Shown in pieces: positions 54,749 to 63,383 of a stretch of DNA of 64,000 bases. The DNA is from Chloroflexota bacterium (GTDB taxonomy: Bacteria > Chloroflexota > Limnocylindria > Limnocylindrales > CSP1-4): positions 69,222 through 133,221 of the forward strand of contig JAXLXC010000001.1 of the NCBI GenBank assembly GCA_046328155.1, in the 5' to 3' direction. The notes under the pieces are model-generated. The model did not search any database and was not told the origin of the DNA. It worked only from the letters and a program-made list of their open reading frames with translations. The position numbers and the translations under genes are program-made. Each line of letters starts with the position of its first letter. Within the stretch, counting starts at the first letter, position 1.

Positions 54749-55308
54749 GCGAACTGTCCTCCGAGCGTGCGGCCCGGCCCGCGCGTCGGCGTCGAGGGCG
54801 GCCCGCAGCGCCTGCGTGGCGCGGTGGAGCCGCGACTTCGCGGTCCCCAGCGGATGCCCATCGCCGCCGCGGCGTCCTGCAGCGGCAGGTCCAGGTGTTG
54901 GTGGAGCACGATGACGACGCGCTGGTCGGGGTCGAGCCGGCGGATGCGTCGATCTGGTCCCGGTCGGCGAGCGCCGACTCGGTCCCCGACACCGCGTGGC
55001 GTCTCGGGCAGCGTGACCTCGACGCTCCGCCGCTTGGCGTGTCGCAGCTGGTCCTTGCATGCGTTGAGGAACAGCCGGTTGAGCCAGGCGTCGAACTGGT
55101 CGATGTCCCGCAGGGTCGGCAGGTCCCGCTACCAGCACCGGACGAGCGTTCTGACGGCGTCCCGGGCACGGTCGGGATCGCGCAGGATGAGACGCGCAGC
55201 GGCATCCAGTCGACCGATCGCGGCATCGGCCAGCACGGCGAAGGCGTCATGATCGCCTCGCCGCGCCTGCTCCACGAGATCCTGCTGCATGTCGCGTTCC
55301 GCTGGCAT
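54745..55308 (-). pseudogene. ECF sigma factor inactivated by an in-frame TAG and at least 3 frameshifts
   Basis: From the ATG at 55308 the frame reads MPAERDMQQDLVEQARRGDHDAFAVLADAA...LVRCW-TAG-RDLPTLRDIDQFDAWLNRLFLNACKD. Region 4 (LGTAKSRLHRATQALRAAL) is in a different frame. Confidence 0.6.
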
Positions 55309-55576
55309 CGACGCGACCTGGGTGGTCGCGCTCGGAGCATAGCGGCGTGGTGGAGCGATCTGTTCCCAATGGCCGAGACGCGCGATGCCACCTCATCGTT
55401 GACGTCGGCGCGTCTTTCGCATCGCCCCGACTCAAATGGCTGGGCGGCCTGCAGCGTGGGTCGGCCGCGGGTTGAGCTCCTGCGCCGCGTGCGACACCTC
55501 CGCGGAGCGGTCCGGCGCTCCCTGACCGTCGCCTCGGGTCGGCATCCTCGTCATTGCGCCGCATCCATGCCATCAT

Positions 55577-56410
55577 TTGACATCGATGCCCACGACCTGT
55601 CCCGCCGCGCGGAAGCCCACGCCGGAAGCGCGCCGCTTCCGACCTGGCCACGGCGTGGGCCAAGCGGCTCGCCCGGACTCGCCCCGCTCGTGGCCTGGTG
55701 CGCTCGAGCAGCTAGACGCGCACCACAACCCTGCGGCACGCGTCCACGACCCCATGAGCGAGCTGGTCCTGACGATCTCACCCAGAACACGGCCGACGTG
55801 AACGCCGAGCACGCCTTCGACCAGCTGCGGGCGCGCTATCTCGACAGCCTCGCCGGCCTCATGGCGCATCCGTCGGCGTCTGGTCACCACCCGATCCGGC
55901 TGGGGCGGGATGGGGCTGGTAGGACACCGGCACGCCCGACTGGCAGGCCGTGGAGGACGCATCGACCGACGAGCTCGTCGACGTCATCCGACCGGGTGGC
56001 CTGGGCCCCCAGAAGGCGCCCCGACCGGGCCGCACTGGTGGCGGATCCGCGAGGAGCGCGGCGACCACTCGCTCGAGTCTCGGCGACCTGCCGGCCCGCG
56101 AGGCACGCGACTGGCTGACATCCATCCCCGGCGTCGGCGCAAGACGGCGTCGGTGGTGCTGCTGTTCAGCTTCGGGCTGCCGCTCATGCCGGTCGACCGC
56201 CACATCGAGCGGGTGGCGCTGCGGATTGGCCTGGTGCCGCCCAAGACGACCGCGGACGACGCCCACGAGATGTTCCTGGAGATGCTGGAGGCCGACGAGA
56301 TGTACCCCGCCCACGTCGGCCTCATCACCCATGGCCGCCGACCTGCCACGCTCGAGGCCTGAGTGCGATCGATGCCCCATCGCGCCCCGCTGCCGGGATA
56401 CGCATCGGCG
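55577..56410 (+). pseudogene. nth: Endonuclease III-like HhH-GPD DNA glycosylase, multiply frameshifted
   Basis: The fragments SELVLTI, (L)TQNTADVNAEHAFDQLRARY, IPGVGAKTASVVLLFSFGLPLMPVDRHIERVALRIGL, HVGLITHGRR and PECDRCPIAPRC appear in the correct order but in different frames. Confidence 0.6.
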
Positions 56411-56416
56411 GGCCGC

Positions 56417-58106
56417 ATGACGCATGCCAGTACGACCCATGAGGAGACCACGCCCGTGACCGACCTCGCCGCCCTTCGTCGACGAGCTGCTGGAGGAGGA
56501 GTTCGAGCTCTCGCCGGTGACGGCATCCGCGCCTGGCCTGACGGACTACGACGCGGGCATGGACGACGTCTCCGCGGAGGGGTTCGCGGAGCGGGAGCGC
56601 GACGCGCGCGACTTCCTCGACAGGTTCTCGGCCATCGGCGACGAGGCTGACCGCCGACGAGCGCATCGACCGCGACCTCGCCATCGCGTCGCCCGCGCCG
56701 GCTCAAGGTGATGGCCGGAGCGGCGCGGCTGGCAGCGCGACCCGCTGACGTACTCGGGGCCGGCCATCAACGGGATCTTCCTGCTGTTCCTGCATCGGCT
56801 GCGACCCGACCAGGACCTGGTGGATGCCGCGGTCACCCGGCTCGCCCAGGTGCCTGGCGTGTTCGCGAGCGGGCGGCAGAACCTGGACCCGGCGCTGGCG
56901 CACCCCATCCTGGTGGAGCGGGGCATGGGGTCCGCCACGGCCGCCGCCCGCTATCTCCGGGACTACCTGCCGGGCGAGGTCCGTGACGTGGAGCTCGCCG
57001 AGCGGCTGCGGTCCGCCGGGCTGCGGGCCGCGGACGCGTTCGACGACTGGGCGCGCTTCCTGGAGGGGTTCCGCAACGCCGCCCACGGCACCTGGGTGTT
57101 CGGCGAGGAGCGCTACAGCCGGATCCTGCTGGAGCGAGAGGCCCTGGGCATGGATGCCCGGACCCTGCGTGAGCGTGGCCAGGCCGAGTTCGACCGGCTC
57201 GATGCCGAGATGTCCGCGCTCGCCATGCGCATCGGCGGCACCCCCGACTGGCACGCGGTCATCGAGGGCTCCATGGCCGACCACCCCCTGACCGAGGAGG
57301 CGATGCGCGAGTCGTACGAGGTGTGGACCGCGCGCGCCCGCGACTTCCTGGTGCAGGAGAGGCTGGTCACCCTGCCCGCCGGCGAGCGGTGCCTCGTCGA
57401 GCCCTCGCCGCTGTTCCAGCGACCGGTGCTGGGGGTCGCCAGCTACATGGCGCCACCATCCTTCAGCGACTCGGTGACCGGCCACTTCTTCGTGCCCTTC
57501 GCCCCGGACGGCACGTCGGCCCAGGACGTCGCCAAGCGGCTGTCGAGCAACAGCCACGCGTCCATCCCGGCCGTCTCGGTCCATGAGGCGTACCCCGGCC
57601 ACCACTGGCACCTGGTCATGCGCCGGCTCCACGCCAGCAAGCTGCGCAAGGTGCTCTCGACGCCCTACTTCAACGAGGGCTGGGCGCTGTACGCCGAGCG
57701 GCTGATGCGCGAGCGCGGCTTCTTCGACGACCCGATGGTCCAGCTCAACCAGCTGGAGTCGAGCATCTTCCGGGCGCTGCGCATCGTCATCGACACCAGC
57801 CTCCACCTGGGCGAGATGACCGTCGACGAGGCGGTGGGACTGATGACCAGCCGACTGGCCATGTCGGAGCCGACCGCCCGGGCGGAGGTGGGCCGCTATT
57901 GCGCGTGGCCCACCCAGGCCTCGTCCTACCTCACCGGCTGCCTGGGCATCCTGGACATCCGAGCCCGGTGGCTGGCGGCTCGCGGCCTGGGCGACGTGCC
58001 GGTCGCGGACCTGGACGCGGCGGTGCTGCGCGAGTTCCATGACGGGATCGCGGCATCGGGGTCGCTGCCCATCGGGCTCGCCGCGAGGGCCATGCTGGAC
58101 GGCTAG
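56417..58106 (+). pseudogene. DUF885-family protein; the first ~400 nt are frameshifted and the remainder (56820-58106) is intact
   Basis: The intact part carries HEAYPGHHWH, NEGWALYAE and SSYLTGCL. The N-terminal pieces (FVDELLEEEFELSPVTASAPGLTDYD.., LTADERIDRDLAIA.., WQRDPLTYSGPAINGIF..) require at least 4 frame changes. Confidence 0.7.
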
Positions 58107-59460
58107 CGCCCCAGGAGCCAGCCCCGATAGGTGCTCCCTGGCGGGTGAGCACGTACCAGCCGTCCTCGAGCGGGGCGACCGCGACCAGCGTGCGCGCGCC
58201 CTTCGCGGCGGGCTCGCTCGCATGCTCCGCCCAGGCCTTCTGGCCGTCGCCGACCCAGGCGTGCTGGACGCCGGCCGTGGTCGGCGAACCGACCGACGCG
58301 AACGCGTCGCGTCCCCCGACCACGTCCCCGGTGGGCACGTCCGGGCCATCGGCGACCGCGCGCCAGCCCGTCGCCGTCAGGCGATACGGCCGGTCGCCGA
58401 CCCACGCCAGCACCGCGTCGCCGGCACGCTCGGCGCCCACGCGGGTGGCGGTCGCGGCCGCCAGGCGGGTCGGTGTCGACCATGAGCGTCCGTCATCGGA
58501 CGTGACGAGGAACGCCCGTCCCCCGTCGAGCCCCACGAGCCGGTAGGCATCGTCCACCGCCGCGTCCGTGACGCCCTCCGCGCCGGCGTCCGAGCGGACC
58601 CAGGCGCTGCCGTCCGACGACGTCCAGGCTCGTCCGTCCGGCGCCCAGACCAGGATTCCCGCAGCGCCCGCCGCGATGTCCAGGTCGCTCGCCTCGGTGC
58701 CCAGGAGACCGCCGCTGCCGCCGGCCACGTGCCACGTGACGCCGTCGGGGGACGTCCAGACGGCCCGTTGGGGGCCCTGCGCGGCGATCTGCCAGCCCAC
58801 GGCCCACAGGGCGCCATCGTGGAGCACGCCCCCCGTCGGCACCCGGCCGCCGAACACGTCGTCCGGCTGCTGGGTGACCGTCCAGTCGACGCCATCGTCG
58901 CTGGTCCAGACCATGGGGAGCGTGGATGCCTGGTCACGCCCGATGGCCACGAGGCCGCCGTCCGGCGCTGGGAGCACGAGCTGGACCGTCCGTCCGTCGA
59001 ACTCCGACCCGATGATGCCCAGGTCGTGCCACGCGATCCCATCGGGGATGGCGGCCGCGGTCGGCTGGGGCGCCTGCGTGGGCCGGACCACGAGCGCCGG
59101 GTCGGTGGGTGCCGGGCCGGGCTGCCGCAGGCGGTCGATGACGGCGCCCGCCACGAACGTGCCACCCACCGCGACCAGCGCCAGCAGCGCGGCGGCGAGC
59201 GACCAGCGCATGCCCGTCGGGCGCGACGGTGCCGCTCGCTCCCCGGCGACGGCACGGACGAGCGCCTCGCGGACGTCGGGAGGCGCCGGCACGCGCTGCG
59301 TCGCGGCCAGTCCCGTGGCGTCGTCGCGCAGGCGTCGGACGGTCAGCGCGCAGGAGGGACAGGCGACCAGGTGCCGTTCCAGGGTCGCCGACTCCTGCGT
59401 GGAGAGCGGGAAGTCGATGCTGGCCGCGGCCAGCGCGATGCTGCGCTCGTGCTCGTTCAT
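57931..59460 (-). CDS. Anti-sigma factor (zf-HC2) with an extracytoplasmic BNR/Asp-box beta-propeller
   Basis: N-terminal H..C..C (LERHLVACPSC), one TM helix, and Asp-box repeats TSDDGVDW, TSPDGVTW, SSDGSAW and TSDDGRSW. The last ~60 aa run antisense to the DUF885 gene, so the true end may be the TAG at 58103-58105 in another frame. Confidence 0.7.
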   Translation of the reverse strand: MNEHERSIALAAASIDFPLSTQESATLERHLVACPSCALTVRRLRDDATGLAATQRVPAPPDVREALVRAVAGERAAPSRPTGMRWSLAAALLALVAVGGTFVAGAVIDRLRQPGPAPTDPALVVRPTQAPQPTAAAIPDGIAWHDLGIIGSEFDGRTVQLVLPAPDGGLVAIGRDQASTLPMVWTSDDGVDWTVTQQPDDVFGGRVPTGGVLHDGALWAVGWQIAAQGPQRAVWTSPDGVTWHVAGGSGGLLGTEASDLDIAAGAAGILVWAPDGRAWTSSDGSAWVRSDAGAEGVTDAAVDDAYRLVGLDGGRAFLVTSDDGRSWSTPTRLAAATATRVGAERAGDAVLAWVGDRPYRLTATGWRAVADGPDVPTGDVVGGRDAFASVGSPTTAGVQHAWVGDGQKAWAEHASEPAAKGARTLVAVAPLEDGWYVLTRQGAPIGAGSWGASRPAWPSRRARWAATPMPRSRHGTRAAPPRPGPRPARRPGREPPATGLGCPGCPGSR

Positions 59461-60017
59461 GGTTCGAGCCCCGCGTCAGGGTCCAGCTCCGAGAGCCGCT
59501 CGCGGAGACGGATGCGGGCGCGCGTCAGGAGGCTGCGCGTGGCCCCCTCCGTGCGACCGAGGATGTGCGCGATCTCGCGACCCGAGAAGCCGTGCGTGGA
59601 CAGCAGCAGCGCGGTCCGGTCATCCACCGGCAGTCGGCTCAGGCCGCGCTGGACGAGCGCACGACGCTCGGCGCGCACCAGGTCGTGCGCCGGGTCCTCG
59701 CCAACGCCGCGGTCGGCGAGCACCGCCTTGAAGCGCTCCGCCACCACGAGGCGCCTCCCGCGGCTCGTGACCAGGTTCGCCGCGACGGCATAGAGCCATG
59801 CCCGCACGTTGTCCGGTGTCCGGCCGGCCCGCACCTCGCGGAGCAGCCGCAGGAACGTCTCCTGGGTGAGGTCCTCGGCGGTCTCGGCATCCCGCGTGGC
59901 GCCGCGCAGGAACGCATGGATGTCCCGCTGGAAGGCGTCGTACGCCTCCATCACCAGGGGGCCGGCGTCATCCGAGGCGCGCCCCACACCGACCGGCCCG
60001 GGGCGTGGGCCGGCCAT
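59457..60017 (-). CDS. ECF RNA polymerase sigma factor
   Basis: Region 2 (AEDLTQETFLRLLREV...VRAWLYAVAANLV) and region 4 (RTALLLSTHGFSGREIAHILGRTEGATRSLLTRARIRLR). The stop overlaps the anti-sigma ATG. The start could be 60017 or 59951, and the ORF is open to 60272. Confidence 0.8.
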   Translation of the reverse strand: MAGPRPGPVGVGRASDDAGPLVMEAYDAFQRDIHAFLRGATRDAETAEDLTQETFLRLLREVRAGRTPDNVRAWLYAVAANLVTSRGRRLVVAERFKAVLADRGVGEDPAHDLVRAERRALVQRGLSRLPVDDRTALLLSTHGFSGREIAHILGRTEGATRSLLTRARIRLRERLSELDPDAGLEP

Positions 60018-60158
60018 GACGGGGCTTCGGGGGTCGACCTCCGCGACCCAGGTGTCGCTGCTCACGGTTGGTGCGACGTCCCGGTCGCCGGATCGTTGCA
60101 CGTCCCCGTCGTCAGGCGCTCGATGGCTGCTCACCGCGACCCATCGTAGTCGTGACAC

Positions 60159-60184
60159 GATCCATCCACGATCGTGGATGGATC
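60159..60184. promoter_or_regulatory. Perfect 26-bp palindrome (candidate operator) upstream of the ECF sigma operon
   Basis: GATCCATCCACGATCGTGGATGGATC is its own reverse complement. A third half-site, GATCGTGGATGGAT, follows at 60191-60204. The palindrome lies 140-170 nt upstream of the sigma start, in a locally AT-richer intergenic region. Confidence 0.5.
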
Positions 60185-60392
60185 CCGCGAGATCGTGGAT
60201 GGATGTGCCGTCGGGCACCCGCTTCCGTGGACGGATCCGCTTCCGTTCCGGGCTGCCGGCGCGTATCGTCATCCCTGCCCGGAGGGGCCGCGGAGACCGC
60301 GAGATCGGTGGCGCAGGAAGTCATTCCAGCGACAGCGGAAGCGGGGTCGTCGAGGTTCGTCCGGGCGCTTCTGCGTCTGCGGCGACCCGGTC

Positions 60393-60413
60393 GGTGGGGC
60401 CGAGGGCCCCACC
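60393..60413 (-). terminator. GC-rich hairpin downstream of dps (candidate terminator)
   Basis: GGTGGGGCC-GAG-GGCCCCACC is a perfect 9-bp stem with a 3-nt loop, about 40 nt after the dps stop at 60455. There is no obvious U-tract. Confidence 0.5.
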
Positions 60414-60454
60414 CAGCTGAGCGGCCGGCGCCAGGTCGGACGCCGGCCGGTCGG

Positions 60455-61117
60455 TCAGCTCCGGAGCGCGACGGTCGAGACGGCGTCCACCAATGGCACG
60501 TCCACGACGTGCTCGGACAGGAACCACACCTGGAGCTCGTGGCGACGCAGCACGTCGCCCATGAGCAGGTCGTTGGTGCCCCAGTCCTCGCTCTCCTCGG
60601 TGGCCTTGATGCCCGCACGGACCTTCTCGATGATGATCTCGTGCGCCTCGAGGAGGCGGTCGATCATCACGGGGACGGGCTCGGCGCCGTCGGGCGGGCG
60701 CGGGATGGTGGTCAGCTCGGCGGCCTGTCGTGGGTCGCCCACGGCGATCCCGCCCAGCATCTGGACCCGCTCGGCCAGCTCGTCCACCAGCTCCAGCTGC
60801 TCCCCGGCATGCTTGTCGAACAGGAGGTGCAGCTGATAGAAGGTGGGACCGGAGACCAGCCAGTGGTGCTTCTTGTACAGCGCGTACAGGATGGTGGTGT
60901 CGGCCAGGATCTCGTTGAGCACCTGGGCGCTCTCGCCGCGCGCCTCCGCCGAGAGGGCGATGGGCATCTGTCGGAGCGTACCGTAGCGCTGGATCTCGGG
61001 CGCATGCTGGCCCAGATGGGGCTCTGGCGACAGGCGGCCGTTGCGCGACACCGTGCCGTTGGGGGACTGCGCGACCGCACGGGAGGCGGTGCGCGTGGTG
61101 GTGGTGGTCTTGGCCAT
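60455..61117 (-). CDS. dps: Dps-family DNA-protection/ferritin-like protein
   Basis: LNEILADTTILYALYKKHHWLVSGPTFYQLHLLFDKH...ELVDELAERV contains the ferroxidase-site His/Asp/Glu pattern of Dps. I take the ATG at 61117 as the start. The ~45-aa N-terminal tail is Thr/Arg-rich. Confidence 0.85.
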   Translation of the reverse strand: MAKTTTTTRTASRAVAQSPNGTVSRNGRLSPEPHLGQHAPEIQRYGTLRQMPIALSAEARGESAQVLNEILADTTILYALYKKHHWLVSGPTFYQLHLLFDKHAGEQLELVDELAERVQMLGGIAVGDPRQAAELTTIPRPPDGAEPVPVMIDRLLEAHEIIIEKVRAGIKATEESEDWGTNDLLMGDVLRRHELQVWFLSEHVVDVPLVDAVSTVALRS

Positions 61118-61280
61118 GGGGTGAACCTCGCGGGTGCGTCCAGGCACCGCGGACGCGGCGCCATCTGCCATCCTGCCACCCAGCGGGATCGCGGCGCATG
61201 TGCCGGACGGCAGGGTGGCCTCGCAACCGCATCACGATCACGCGGCAGCGCGTGACATGCACAAGGGGGGACGCGCGGAC

Positions 61281-62411
61281 ATGGGCGAACAGCGGGGCTT
61301 CCTGGGCTCGATCGACGGTGGTCGGACCTTCGAGGACGTGGGCGCGGCGAGCGCCGGGCCCACGACGACCCCCAGCGGCGACGCACCCACGCCGTTCGAC
61401 GCGCGCGATGGCCATCGCCTGGCTGGCCCGCAGGGCAGCCATCCGCTGGCACGCCTGACGGCCGCCGACCTGCTCCGGGGCGCCACCGACGGCCTGGCCG
61501 GGTCGATCGAGCTGGCCGGGCCGGTGCGCGTGGGCGAGGGCATCAGCGGGACCATCCGCGTCCGTGCGAACCGCGCCATCAAGGCGCGCTCGGCGGGGCT
61601 CCGGCTCATCGGCGTGCGCATCGCGGAGGAGACGCGCAGCGGGCGGTCGCGCGAGGCGGATGCCGCGGCGGCGCTGGACGCCGCCAACGCCGCGATCAGG
61701 CTGGCGAGCGGGGGCGGGGGCGTGGGCGCCGCCGCCACATCGCCCGACACCGCCGCCAACGGGACCGTGTCGTGGGTGGAGGTGCATGGCTCGGTCATCG
61801 AGGAGTTCACGTTCACCGATCCGGTGCTGCCCACGCTCCTGGCACCCGGCCAGCTGGTGGAGCTGCAGTTCACCATCCCGGCGCCTCGCCAGGGGCCACC
61901 CTCCGCGCATGCCGGCACGGCGATCGTCGCGTGGGCCGTGGAGGCGCGCTGGGACATCGCGATGGGCTCGGACGAGCGCGTGGCGGCACTCGTGCCGGTC
62001 GCGCAGCACCCCGACCTGCTCCGGTCCGGTGCCATGACGCTCCCCTCGGGCGCCCTGTTCGACATCGTGGACGACGAGGGGGCGCGGCTGTCCGTGGAGC
62101 CAGTGCCGCCGTTGGCCGCGGGCTCCGCGGTGACCCTGGGCGTGGCCTGGCCGGATGCACCGGGTGGGCGCTCGGCGCGCGTCGAGCTGACCACGGACGT
62201 CGCGAGCGCCAATGGCATCAGCGTCACCTCCGTGAGCCTCCCGCTCGACGGTGGCGCACTGGGTGGCACGCAGGTGAGCGTGGCCCTGCCCGCCGACCTG
62301 CCGCCCACCCTCGTCACGGATGGCCTGAGCGTGGGCCATCGGCTGCGGGTGACCGTGGACCGGTCCATGCGCCCCGATGTCAGCCGGGAGCGGCCGATCG
62401 TCGTGGTCTGA
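61281..62411 (+). CDS. Hypothetical protein (beta-rich, two similar halves)
   Basis: The ATG at 61281 is preceded by AAGGGGGGA. Third-position GC is coding-like. I do not recognise a family. Confidence 0.6.
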   Translation: MGEQRGFLGSIDGGRTFEDVGAASAGPTTTPSGDAPTPFDARDGHRLAGPQGSHPLARLTAADLLRGATDGLAGSIELAGPVRVGEGISGTIRVRANRAIKARSAGLRLIGVRIAEETRSGRSREADAAAALDAANAAIRLASGGGGVGAAATSPDTAANGTVSWVEVHGSVIEEFTFTDPVLPTLLAPGQLVELQFTIPAPRQGPPSAHAGTAIVAWAVEARWDIAMGSDERVAALVPVAQHPDLLRSGAMTLPSGALFDIVDDEGARLSVEPVPPLAAGSAVTLGVAWPDAPGGRSARVELTTDVASANGISVTSVSLPLDGGALGGTQVSVALPADLPPTLVTDGLSVGHRLRVTVDRSMRPDVSRERPIVVV

Positions 62412-62426
62412 CGGCCCCGGGCCGTC
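62410..62426. terminator. Short GC hairpin between convergent genes
   Basis: GACGGCC-CCG-GGCCGTC is a 7-bp stem with a 3-nt loop. It overlaps the stop of the 61281-62411 gene and lies 15 nt from the convergent permease's stop. Calling it a terminator is inference only. Confidence 0.3.
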
Positions 62427-62440
62427 GGCGGCCGGCGGGC

Positions 62441-63367
62441 CTATCCCTTGACGGCGCCCGACAGGCCGCCGCCCCGCAGGAACACTCGCTGGAGCAGCAC
62501 GAAGATGGCGATCGGGATGAGCGTGGAGATGGCGAGCGCCGCCAGGAACACGTCCAGCTCGGTCGCCTGCTGGAGGTTGGGCAGCCGCACCGACAGCGGC
62601 TGGAGGTCGGGGCTCGGCAGCACCAGCAGCGGCCACAGGTAGTCCTTCCAGGTGGCGATGACCGCGAACACGGACACCACCCCCAGGACCGGCTTGGACA
62701 TGGGCAGGACCACCGACCAGAACAGCCGGAACGGCCCCGCGCCGTCCGTGCGCGCTGCCTCGAACACCTCGCGCGGCAGGTTGTCGAAGAAGCGCTTGAC
62801 CACGATGACGTTGAACGCGGATGCGCCCGCCGGCAGCCACACCGCCCAGAACGTGTCGATGAGCCGGAGATGGAGCAGCGGCAGGTCCAGCACGGTCAGG
62901 TAGAGCGGCACGAGCAGCACCACGGCTGGCACGAACAGCGTCGCCAGCACGAGGCCCGTCAGCAGCGGCGCATATCGCGGGCGGAGCACCGACAGGCCAT
63001 AGCCGGCGGTGGTCGCCACCACGATCTGGACCAGCCACGCGCCCGCGGCGATGACCACGGTGTTGAGGAAGTAGCGGTCGATGTGCACCCGGTTCCACGC
63101 CGTGGCCAGGTTGTCCAGGTCGATGCCGTGGGGCCACAGCGCCATGGGCATCCGGAGCGTGTCCTGGGTGGGCGTCACCGCCGACTTGGCGAGCCACAGG
63201 ATCGGGCCCAGCCCCACCACGAGCAGGAACAGGAGCACCGCGACCTGGACCCCGCGCAGGCCGTATCGGATCGCGGGGCGCCGCCAGTCACCGTCCGAGA
63301 GCAGACCGCGCTCCTCGGGCTCGGGCATCGGCTCCACGCCCCGATAGCGACCCCGCAGCCTGGCCAT
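62441..63367 (-). CDS. Carbohydrate ABC transporter permease (MalG/BPD_transp_1 type)
   Basis: Six TM helices and the EAA-loop region FEAARTDGAGPFRLFWSVVLP. Confidence 0.85.
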   Translation of the reverse strand: MARLRGRYRGVEPMPEPEERGLLSDGDWRRPAIRYGLRGVQVAVLLFLLVVGLGPILWLAKSAVTPTQDTLRMPMALWPHGIDLDNLATAWNRVHIDRYFLNTVVIAAGAWLVQIVVATTAGYGLSVLRPRYAPLLTGLVLATLFVPAVVLLVPLYLTVLDLPLLHLRLIDTFWAVWLPAGASAFNVIVVKRFFDNLPREVFEAARTDGAGPFRLFWSVVLPMSKPVLGVVSVFAVIATWKDYLWPLLVLPSPDLQPLSVRLPNLQQATELDVFLAALAISTLIPIAIFVLLQRVFLRGGGLSGAVKG

Positions 63368-63383
63368 CAGCGGGTCACCCGCG

